Shown here one piece after another: positions 24,953 to 31,490 of a DNA stretch of 64,000 bases. Under the pieces are notes generated by a model, which was not told the DNA's origin, did no database searches, and worked only from the letters and a program-made list of their open reading frames with translations. Each line of letters begins with the position of its first letter. The stretch's first letter is position 1. The translations under genes and the position numbers were made by a program. Source of the stretch: Pseudomonadota bacterium (lineage in GTDB: Bacteria > Pseudomonadota > Gammaproteobacteria > Burkholderiales > JABEVD01); NCBI GenBank assembly GCA_021802545.1, contig JAJZRS010000010.1, forward strand, positions 6,801-70,800, read 5' to 3'.

Positions 24953-25960
24953 CTAGGGAAGCTTCGGCTCGGCGATCCTGTCCAGACGAGGATCGGTGAG
25001 CGTCTTCAGGAACGCGATCAGATCGTCCTTTTCCTTCGCATTCAGGTTGAGCTTGTTGATCATGGGATCCTGGTTTTTCACATTCGGGTTGCCTCCCTGA
25101 TTGTAATGGTTGACCACCTGCTCGAGCGTGGAATATGCGCCGTCGTGCATGTAGAAGGAGAAAGCGCCGGCATTGTAGAGCGAAGGCGTCTTGAATCTGC
25201 CCTTGTCCTCATCCTTCTTCGTGACCTCATACCTGCCCAGGTCTTCCTTGAGCGGTCCCACCTGGGGAACGCCGATGTTGTGGAAAGCGTTGTCCGTCAA
25301 GAGCGGCGGCGTATGGCAAATGACGCATTGCCCCTTGCCCTGGAAAATGGCGAAACCGCGCTTGGCTGAAGCCGAGATCGCTTTCTTGTCCCCCCTGACA
25401 AAACGCTGGAAGGGAGATTGAGTCGCATTGAGCGTCCTTTCATAGGAAGCAATCGCCTTCGCGATATTGGGGCCGGACGCGCCTTCGCCGAACGCCTTCT
25501 CGAATTCCTGCTTGTATCCTGGTATCGAATTGAGCCTGTCGACGATTTCCTTCACGTCACCGCCCATCTCGCCGGGCGCGCTGATCGGGCCCATGTGTTC
25601 TGGCATGGCGCCGGTCTGCTGCTCGAGCGAATCGGCCCTTCCATCCCAGAAAAGAGAAGTGTAGTAGCCGGAATTCACCCAGGATGGCGCCCACCGCCCG
25701 AGTTCCCCGCCGTGTCCGAAGGCTCTCGGCGTGGGTCCGGCGCCGCCCGTGGCTGGCAGATGGCAGCTCGCGCAATTCATGGAATCGTTCTTGGAAAGCC
25801 GATTGTCGAAAAGCAGCTGGTGACCGAGCGCTTCCTTGGCGGCGCTCTGCGGATTGTCCCTGGGAACTGGCACGGGCGGCAGCTTCCATGAGGAAAGATC
25901 CTCTGCCCGGGTAAGCGACGCCATGCCTATCATGGCGAGGAAAAGAAACGATTTTTTCAT
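24953..25960 (-). CDS. Di-haem cytochrome c peroxidase (CcpA/MauG family)
   Basis: 335-aa ORF with signal peptide MKKSFLFLAMIGMASLTRA and two haem c motifs, CASCH and CVICH. Confidence 0.88.
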   Translation of the reverse strand: MKKSFLFLAMIGMASLTRAEDLSSWKLPPVPVPRDNPQSAAKEALGHQLLFDNRLSKNDSMNCASCHLPATGGAGPTPRAFGHGGELGRWAPSWVNSGYYTSLFWDGRADSLEQQTGAMPEHMGPISAPGEMGGDVKEIVDRLNSIPGYKQEFEKAFGEGASGPNIAKAIASYERTLNATQSPFQRFVRGDKKAISASAKRGFAIFQGKGQCVICHTPPLLTDNAFHNIGVPQVGPLKEDLGRYEVTKKDEDKGRFKTPSLYNAGAFSFYMHDGAYSTLEQVVNHYNQGGNPNVKNQDPMINKLNLNAKEKDDLIAFLKTLTDPRLDRIAEPKLP

Positions 25961-26191
25961 GTTGCCTCCTTGTTGTTCGTCTACAAACTATAGTCAAGGC
26001 GCTCCTCATTATCAAAATGTATTTTTTTATCGACCCGATAGCCTTGTTGCATAAAAGCAACAATCGAGACGAACATTAAATATATTTCACAATTCTGAAA
26101 TATTTGTGATATCTAATACGGGCTGCACTTTTCAAGTGTACGCAAAAGAGGAAGGTCTTCTTTTTTCGTTTATTCAAATAGGGGTAAAACC

Positions 26192-27556
26192 ATGCGAAAG
26201 CAAAAGTTCTTCACCCGGACCGTGATCAGCGCGCTGATCGCATCCGGCCTCGCAGCACCCGCCTTTGCGGACACCTCGGTCCCGGTCGGCGGCGTCGACG
26301 TGACCCTGGGCGGCTTCCTGGCTTCTGAAACCGTATACCGCTCCAAGAGCCTGCAATCGGATATCTCTTCGCCATTCAGCAAGATTCCGTTTGCGCCAAG
26401 CACCACCGCCATTACAAATGCAGCGCAAGGTTACCAAGCCTACAATAATTCTGAATTCCGCGGCACTGAAAGGCAGTCCAGGTTCTCGATCGAAGCCAAG
26501 GGACACTTCAGCCCCAGCGTCGTCGTGACCGGCTACTACGAAATGGACTTCCTTGCCGCTCCCAACACGGCCAACCCCAACCAGAGCAATTCGTTCAGCC
26601 CCAGGACCCGCCACGTCTTCGGCAACATCGACTGGCTCAATTCCGGCACCCACCTGCTGTTCGGCCAGACATGGTCGCTCGCCACCCTTGAGACCAAGGG
26701 ACTCGACGGCAAGAATGCATGGACCCCGCTCACCATCGACGCGCAGTACGTCGTGGGCTTCAACTGGGTTCGTCAATGGCAGATGCGCCTGTCCCAGGAA
26801 TTCGGCAGCGGCCTTTGGGGTGCTATTTCTTTGGAAAATTCTCAGACCCTCGGCGCAACCGGAACCACAACTGCCGGTACCTACAACGTCGACACACTCA
26901 TAACGCCTGGAGGCTCGCTGTTCAGTGCTGGGGCAGCAATGTCGACCAACAAGTATCCCGACATCGTCGCAAAGCTTGCTTCCGACAACAGCTTCGGCCA
27001 CTTCGAAATCTATGACCTGGCCCGCAATTTCCAGAGCACTTATGGAACAGGCCCTGCTGCTGCACCTACGACCATCAACAATCAGAAAACCTGGACCAAC
27101 GCGATCGGCCTCGGAGCTTACATTCACCTCGTGCCCAAGGTGCTTGACATCCAAGCTACCTACCTCTCCGGCAAGGGTGCAGGCCGCTATGCCACCTCTC
27201 AGCTTGCCGACGTGACCTATGCTGCTGACGGCAGTCTGGACGTGATCAAGGGTACAGACTACCTTCTCGGCGCCACCTGGAACGCAACGCCCGATTGGCA
27301 GATCTACGGCAACGTGGGTCAGGAGAAGATGAGCGCGACCGGAAACTTTGGTGATGGCTTTGGCGGCCTGAAAGATGCCAAGGAATCCGTGATCGGCTTC
27401 TGGTGGGATGCCTACAAGGGCAACGCTGGCAAGGTCAAGTTCGGCATGCAATTTTCCAAAGTCACGCTTGATTCTTTCGCAACTGCAGCTGCTGCCGGCG
27501 CAAGCACCGACGACAACATGTGGTTCACGTCCCTGCGCTACTATCCCGGATATTAA
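26192..27556 (+). CDS. Outer-membrane porin-like beta-barrel protein
   Basis: 454-aa ORF. Signal peptide ending AAPAFA-D, alternating-hydrophobicity strands, aromatic C-terminus (RYYPGY). The family is not recognised. Confidence 0.6.
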   Translation: MRKQKFFTRTVISALIASGLAAPAFADTSVPVGGVDVTLGGFLASETVYRSKSLQSDISSPFSKIPFAPSTTAITNAAQGYQAYNNSEFRGTERQSRFSIEAKGHFSPSVVVTGYYEMDFLAAPNTANPNQSNSFSPRTRHVFGNIDWLNSGTHLLFGQTWSLATLETKGLDGKNAWTPLTIDAQYVVGFNWVRQWQMRLSQEFGSGLWGAISLENSQTLGATGTTTAGTYNVDTLITPGGSLFSAGAAMSTNKYPDIVAKLASDNSFGHFEIYDLARNFQSTYGTGPAAAPTTINNQKTWTNAIGLGAYIHLVPKVLDIQATYLSGKGAGRYATSQLADVTYAADGSLDVIKGTDYLLGATWNATPDWQIYGNVGQEKMSATGNFGDGFGGLKDAKESVIGFWWDAYKGNAGKVKFGMQFSKVTLDSFATAAAAGASTDDNMWFTSLRYYPGY

Positions 27557-27584
27557 TTCTCGGGAAGAGATGTAACGCAATCGA

Positions 27585-27609
27585 CCCCTCGCCTCGGCGA
27601 GGGGTTTTT
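27585..27609 (+). terminator. Rho-independent terminator after the porin gene
   Basis: CCCCTCG..CGAGGGG stem followed by TTTTT. Confidence 0.7.
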
Positions 27610-27612
27610 ATT

Positions 27613-27676
27613 TGTACTTGGCCTGTACTAAGACTCATTGCCTAATCCATGCAAGTTATGTACAATTATTTGTACA
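27613..27676 (+). promoter_or_regulatory. yefM-yoeB promoter/operator with TGTAC(A) core repeats
   Basis: TGTACA at 27659-27664 and 27671-27676, a 12-bp centre-to-centre distance. That is the arrangement described for the E. coli yefM-yoeB operator. Two further TGTAC cores lie at 27613 and 27624. SD GAGGA precedes the ATG at 27692. Confidence 0.6.
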
Positions 27677-27691
27677 AACTGAGGATAAACC

Positions 27692-27952
27692 ATGAAGGCA
27701 GTCAGCTACAGCCATACCCGGCAGCATCTTGCGGAAATCATGAACGAAGTCACCGATGATCGGGCACCCGTCCTGATCACGCGCCAGAGCGGCAACCCTG
27801 TCGTCATGATGTCCCTGCAGGACTACAATGCGCTGGAAGAAACAGCCTATCTTCTGCGCAGCCCGAAAAATGCAAAGCGGCTTATCGAATCCATAGAGCA
27901 ATTGTTTACCCAAGGCGGCACGCAACGAGCACTGATCGAAGATGCCGATTAA
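27692..27952 (+). CDS. yefM: Type II antitoxin YefM (Phd/YefM family)
   Basis: 86-aa ORF, MKAVSYSHTRQHLAEIMNEVTDDRAPVLITRQSGNPVVMMSLQDYNALEETAYLLRSPKNAKRL. Confidence 0.92.
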   Translation: MKAVSYSHTRQHLAEIMNEVTDDRAPVLITRQSGNPVVMMSLQDYNALEETAYLLRSPKNAKRLIESIEQLFTQGGTQRALIEDAD

Positions 27953-28196
27953 GTTCTCCGATCAGGCTTGGGAAGACTACCTGTTCTGGCAAGCGAATGA
28001 CAAGACGACCCTGAAGCGAATCAATGCGCTGCTGAAAGACATACGGCGAACACCATATGACGGCATAGGAAAACCCGAACCGCTCAAGCACCACCTGTCC
28101 GGATTCTGGTCTCGCCGCATCGACGAGGAGCACAGGCTGGTTTACACGGTCAGCGACGACGCCATCCTTGTCGCCATGTGCCGTTATCATTACTGA
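27942..28196 (+). CDS. yoeB: Type II toxin YoeB (Txe/YoeB mRNA interferase)
   Basis: 84-aa ORF, FSDQAWEDYLFWQANDKTTLKRINALLKDIRRTPYDGIGKPEPLKHHLSGFWSRRIDEEHRLVY..CRYHY. 11-nt overlap with yefM. Confidence 0.92.
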   Translation: MPIKFSDQAWEDYLFWQANDKTTLKRINALLKDIRRTPYDGIGKPEPLKHHLSGFWSRRIDEEHRLVYTVSDDAILVAMCRYHY

Positions 28197-28223
28197 TCTT
28201 ATAGAAAAGATATATCCGCTGAT

Positions 28224-28487
28224 TCATCTCCGTCCTTTCAGCTGATCGATCTCCTCGAGCAGATCGGCGACGAGCGCGGCCAGTTCGACGGATGCATCGA
28301 AATTGCGCTCGATCTCGATCATTCTTCTCGCGCGCAAGAGGCTTTTAGCTGGAAAGATGTCCATATCGACGCCGGGGAAAAAGCCTTCCTGTATCCGGCA
28401 GGCCAGCCAATCGACTTCGACCCTGCAGATTCTCGCGGCTTCATCGAGCGTCACTTCCTCGACAAGAACACCAGTCAGTTCTTCCAT
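28224..28487 (-). CDS. cbpM: Chaperone modulatory protein CbpM-like (MerR-type HTH)
   Basis: Start MEELTGVLVEEVTLDEAARICRV at 28487, 1 nt after the cbpA stop. The size (87 aa) and the position downstream of cbpA fit CbpM. Confidence 0.72.
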   Translation of the reverse strand: MEELTGVLVEEVTLDEAARICRVEVDWLACRIQEGFFPGVDMDIFPAKSLLRARRMIEIERNFDASVELAALVADLLEEIDQLKGRR

Positions 28488-28488
28488 A

Positions 28489-29373
28489 TTACCCTCTCTT
28501 CCTCGGATCGAACGCGAGTTCCCTGGCCATGGTTTCATAAAGATCCCTGGCTTTCGGGGTGTCAGCCGGGGGGAGCACGACGAGCAGTTCCAGCAGCAGA
28601 TCTCCGGGCGGATCGCACGGTATTCCGCGTCCCTTCACGCGCAACAGCTTGCCGCTCTGTGCGCCGAAGGGAACCCGGACTTTCAGTGATCCTGAAGGCA
28701 ATTCGACAGAAACAACGCCGCCCAATGCCGCTTCCCAGGGCGCAAGCGGCAGCGTCAAATATAGATCGCGTCCCTCGACGCGAAGCGTTTCATGAGACCT
28801 GAAATGCACTTCGAGAAGGAGATCACCGGCCTCTCCGCCAGCCCCACTGCTTCCCTGTCCGGCAAGCCTGATGATCTGCCCTTCGCGCACCCCCTTGGGT
28901 ATCCTGACGTTGAGCGAATGCTTCTGCATGACAGGCCTGCCATACCCGTCTGCTTTCGGCACGCGCAGGCTGATTTGGCGCACGGCGCCATTGAAGGCAT
29001 CCTCAATGTCCAGCATGATCTTGGCATGATGATCCTCCCCCCTGCGGCCCATGCGTCCGAACAGCTCGGAAAAGAAATCGCTGAAATCGCCGCCGCGGCC
29101 CGAAAACTCGAACCCCGCATCCCAGCCGGGAGGCGCCCTGAATTCCTGCCCCTGACTGTACCCGCTCCCGAGTTGATCGTATGCCGCGCGCTTCTCTGCA
29201 TCAGAAAGGACGGCATACGCCTCGTTGACTTCCTTCATGCGGTGCTCGGCGTCCCGCTCCTTCGACACGTCAGGATGATATTTCCTGGCGAGCTTGCGGA
29301 ACGCCTTCTTGATCTCGTCGAAGGACGCGTCCCGGCCTACGCCAAGGATTTCGTAGTAGTTCTTGAATTCCAT
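28489..29373 (-). CDS. cbpA: Curved-DNA-binding protein CbpA (DnaJ-like co-chaperone lacking the zinc finger)
   Basis: J-domain MEFKNYYEILGV..KKAFRKLARKYHPDVSKE from the ATG at 29373, followed by the DnaJ C-terminal domains. Confidence 0.88.
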   Translation of the reverse strand: MEFKNYYEILGVGRDASFDEIKKAFRKLARKYHPDVSKERDAEHRMKEVNEAYAVLSDAEKRAAYDQLGSGYSQGQEFRAPPGWDAGFEFSGRGGDFSDFFSELFGRMGRRGEDHHAKIMLDIEDAFNGAVRQISLRVPKADGYGRPVMQKHSLNVRIPKGVREGQIIRLAGQGSSGAGGEAGDLLLEVHFRSHETLRVEGRDLYLTLPLAPWEAALGGVVSVELPSGSLKVRVPFGAQSGKLLRVKGRGIPCDPPGDLLLELLVVLPPADTPKARDLYETMARELAFDPRKRG

Positions 29374-29444
29374 GAATTCCCCCCTTGCAATCAAGCATAG
29401 TCAAGGAGTGAACCGGAAGGCAAGGGGCGGCCACGCCGCCCTTT

Positions 29445-30077
29445 TCAGCGCTGGGGAACCAGGGAACCGTATGCGGAATGGCTGACGGATTCCGCCTGAA
29501 ATTTCACCGTTCTGCGCTCGACAGGACCGCCCATGATGGCCACGCCTAGCGCCGAACCGGACACCACTTTCGTGCCCGCAAGCGCGATGTTCGGGAAATC
29601 GTGAAGGGTCTTGCCTTCGCCCATGCCCGCATATTTCCTCACAGGCGCATGGTCTCCCGTGAGAGCGGACTGGTCGAGCAAAAAGTCCTTGCACGAAAGC
29701 AGCCTGACGTCCGCAGGCACGGTGTCTCCGGACTTCAGTTCGACAAGGTCGCCAGGCACGAGTTCATTCGCCGGGATTTCCCTCAGTTGCGGCGCATCAG
29801 GCGAAATGTGCACGCCGAAATCGGCTGCAACGGCTTTCGGCACGGCAGAGCGCCTGCCGCGGCGCAATACGGTCGCCTTCAAGCCTTTTGCAGATTTCCT
29901 GCAGAACTTGACGCGGTCTTCCGCTTCACGGTCGAGCAGTCCGTCTTCTGTCGTGGCGAGTTTTTCAAGCAGGGCTTCTCGCTCGAGACGTGCAGCAGCG
30001 ACTACCCATGCATGGTACGAGCGCCCATCGATGAGGCGCGAGAACGCTTCGAAAAGCGCGCGAAATTTCAGGATCAT
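29445..30077 (-). CDS. P-type ATPase N-terminal/actuator-domain-like protein without transmembrane segments (fragment or domesticated remnant)
   Basis: LVPGDLVELKSGDTVPADVRLL..LLDQSALTGDHAPV..NIALAGTKVVSGSA matches the A-domain of cation P-type ATPases. TM1/TM2 and everything after the A-domain are missing, and TGES is changed to TGDH. ATG at 30077 is preceded by the AAGGAG SD. Confidence 0.5.
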   Translation of the reverse strand: MILKFRALFEAFSRLIDGRSYHAWVVAAARLEREALLEKLATTEDGLLDREAEDRVKFCRKSAKGLKATVLRRGRRSAVPKAVAADFGVHISPDAPQLREIPANELVPGDLVELKSGDTVPADVRLLSCKDFLLDQSALTGDHAPVRKYAGMGEGKTLHDFPNIALAGTKVVSGSALGVAIMGGPVERRTVKFQAESVSHSAYGSLVPQR

Positions 30078-30424
30078 TTCAGTCTCCTTCGGCAGGCGCA
30101 CGGCCGCCATTAAACGACGGAAACGGAAGACTGAAGAGGGGTGTTGCTTCGGCCTTCCCGCTTTTGCCCAGCGGAAAGAGCCTCTACAGGATGGAAGGGG
30201 CTTTCGCTAGGCGTTCAGATTACTGCAACTGTCCAAGGCGAATGCCTCCTTTTCTAATGAACATGGGGATATTCTAAAATATTAGAAATACAAAATCAAG
30301 ATCCGAGCCTGAGAAGGGCATCGGTGGTGCACGAAGGGAATTCTGCGCATCATCCTGGGGCGCATTGCCCGGCACGTCAGCCAGGAAAAAACGCAATCCA
30401 TTGATATTGAAAGATATGTTAACC

Positions 30425-30440
30425 TGGCACCAATATTGCT
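30425..30440 (+). promoter_or_regulatory. Sigma-54 type -24/-12 promoter element
   Basis: TGGCAC-CAATA-TTGCT. GG at 30426-27 and GC at 30438-39 have the canonical 12-nt register (consensus TGGCACG-N4-TTGCW). Confidence 0.5.
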
Positions 30441-30449
30441 ATAAAAAAG

Positions 30450-30514
30450 GGTGAGAGCATATTATGCTTTCACCCTCCTCCAACTTTCGGGCGCCTCTGG
30501 CGCCCGCTTTTTTT
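30450..30514 (+). ncRNA. Candidate ~65-nt sRNA (hairpin - CACCCUCCUCC - intrinsic terminator), convergent with small ORF 1
   Basis: Starts ~11 nt after the -12 GC. A 12-bp hairpin spans 30449-30475; it has a G-U pair on this strand that would be a C-A mismatch on the other. A single-stranded CCCUCCUCCAACUUUC follows. The terminator is GGGCGCC-UCU-GGCGCCC plus U7 (30489-30514). Confidence 0.4.
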
Positions 30515-30624
30515 CACTTGCCTTTTCTTTTGAAATTGCCGTCGTCAGCCAGCAGAATCACGGCCGGGAGAATAATGTTGGTGATGAAAAAAAGTATGTA
30601 CCAGGCATGAACGTCCATTTGCAT
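30514..30624 (-). CDS. Small hydrophobic peptide, 36 aa (paralog 1)
   Basis: Own translation: MQMDVHAWYILFFITNIILPAVILLADDGNFKRKGK. SD AAGGAG lies 4 nt upstream. Followed by hairpin plus U6 (30475-30443 on minus). Too short for the ORF track. Confidence 0.55.
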   Translation of the reverse strand: MQMDVHAWYILFFITNIILPAVILLADDGNFKRKGK

Positions 30625-30836
30625 TGCTCCTTCCTAATCGGTTTTTGCGTTGTTTTGACGCTTGAACGACTGAATCGACACGAGCGCCGGCCGCTAAGGC
30701 TATGAGAAGTATGCACAAAAGACGAGTCTAAATCAAGGTCTTTGGGACGCTTGATCGGCTGATACATCGACTTTCGACGCGGTGAAGACTCATTGATCGT
30801 CTTCACCCGCCCCGGCGCTTGAAGCGCCGTCTGAAA

Positions 30837-30941
30837 TTATTTGTTTTTTCTTTTGAATGTGCCGTCATCCAGCAGGAGAATCAGCCCAGGAAGGGCGAAA
30901 GTCGTGATGAAAAAGATGACGTACCAGGTTTGCACTTCCAT
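30837..30941 (-). CDS. Small hydrophobic peptide, 34 aa (paralog 2)
   Basis: MEVQTWYVIFFITTFALPGLILLLDDGTFKRKNK, with SD GGAGGA 5 nt upstream of the ATG at 30941. It is the C-terminal part of track ORF 30837-31028. Aligns with paralog 1 along its full length (WY-I-FFIT...P..ILL-DDG-FKRK-K). Confidence 0.55.
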   Translation of the reverse strand: MEVQTWYVIFFITTFALPGLILLLDDGTFKRKNK

Positions 30942-31030
30942 TTCTATCCTCCTTTTTATCGAGTTGAGCCAGTTTCCAGCGGGCGACAGATTCATGTCGA
31001 AACACCCTGAAATCGGCCATTCATCCACAA

Positions 31031-31107
31031 TACCATGATTATATTATGGTTATTTTGACGGAACAAGGCATCGCCGAAATCCAATAACCATAATAGAAAG
31101 ATGGTAA
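31031..31107. promoter_or_regulatory. Two operator-like palindromes T(A)ACCAT-N9-ATGGT(T)A upstream of small ORF 2
   Basis: Pair 1: TACCAT 31031-36 / ATGGTTA 31046-52. Pair 2: TAACCAT 31085-91 / ATGGTAA 31101-07. Both have 9-nt spacers. In addition, ATTATGGTTATT and AATAACCATAAT form a perfect 12-bp inverted repeat. Confidence 0.4.
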
Positions 31108-31136
31108 TTGCAGTATGACCCAGACCCGGACTTAAA

Positions 31137-31490
31137 TCAAGTGGGATGAGTGACTTGGAGATTCTCTTTGAGGAATTGTCTCAGCCAGTGCTCGGGTTTT
31201 GCGCCGGAGAAGCGCCCCATTTCCTCGCCGTTCGAGAAGAGGATCACGGTGGGAAAACCGCGGAGCTTGTAATGGCCGGCGAGCTTCATGTTCGAGCCCT
31301 CGTCCACTTCCACCTTGGCCAGCAGCAATGCGCCTGCATAGACATGCACCACGCGCTCCAGGACGGGCGTCAGCGTTTTGCAGGGCGGGCACCAGTCCGC
31401 CCAGAAATCGACAAGGATAGGGCTGTGTCTGGAGGCCTCGATGACCTCCTTCTCGAAATTGTGCAGATCGGTATCGAATACGAACTTCAT
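31137..31490 (-). CDS. Thioredoxin-fold protein with CPPC active site, last gene of the dsr operon
   Basis: MKFVFDTDLHNFEKEVIEASRHSPILVDFWADWCPPCKTL..GFPTVILF from the ATG at 31490 (ATGA overlap with the dsrN stop). The longer track ORF to 31913 overlaps dsrN and is rejected. Confidence 0.85.
   Translation of the reverse strand: MKFVFDTDLHNFEKEVIEASRHSPILVDFWADWCPPCKTLTPVLERVVHVYAGALLLAKVEVDEGSNMKLAGHYKLRGFPTVILFSNGEEMGRFSGAKPEHWLRQFLKENLQVTHPT

Noticed and set aside
26040-26140. Inverted repeats ATATTTCA/TGAAATAT and TCACAA/TTGTGA between the peroxidase and porin genes, considered as CRP/FNR-type sites.
   Set aside because: The half-site orientation and spacing do not match TGTGA-N6-TCACA or TTGAT-N4-ATCAA. 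In such AT-rich DNA, short dyads are expected by chance.
26174-27580. 468-aa ORF antisense to the porin gene. Similar long antisense ORFs occur at 666-1982, 2157-3248, 14399-15751, 22974-24719, 35504-37063, 37199-38644, 40850-41944, 42131-43120, 52807-54330 and 60826-62211.
   Set aside because: Each lies opposite a gene with clear family signatures. Their products are Arg/Gly/Ala/His-rich with no recognisable motifs. This is the usual stop-codon-poor antisense frame of GC-rich coding DNA.
27585-27604. The terminator stems at 27585-27604 and 46547-46572 share the arm CCCCTCGCC/GGCGAGGGG; considered as a dispersed repeat (REP-like) family.
   Set aside because: There are only two copies, the loops and flanks differ, and each sits exactly where an intrinsic terminator is expected. 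This is most simply convergent GC-rich terminator design.
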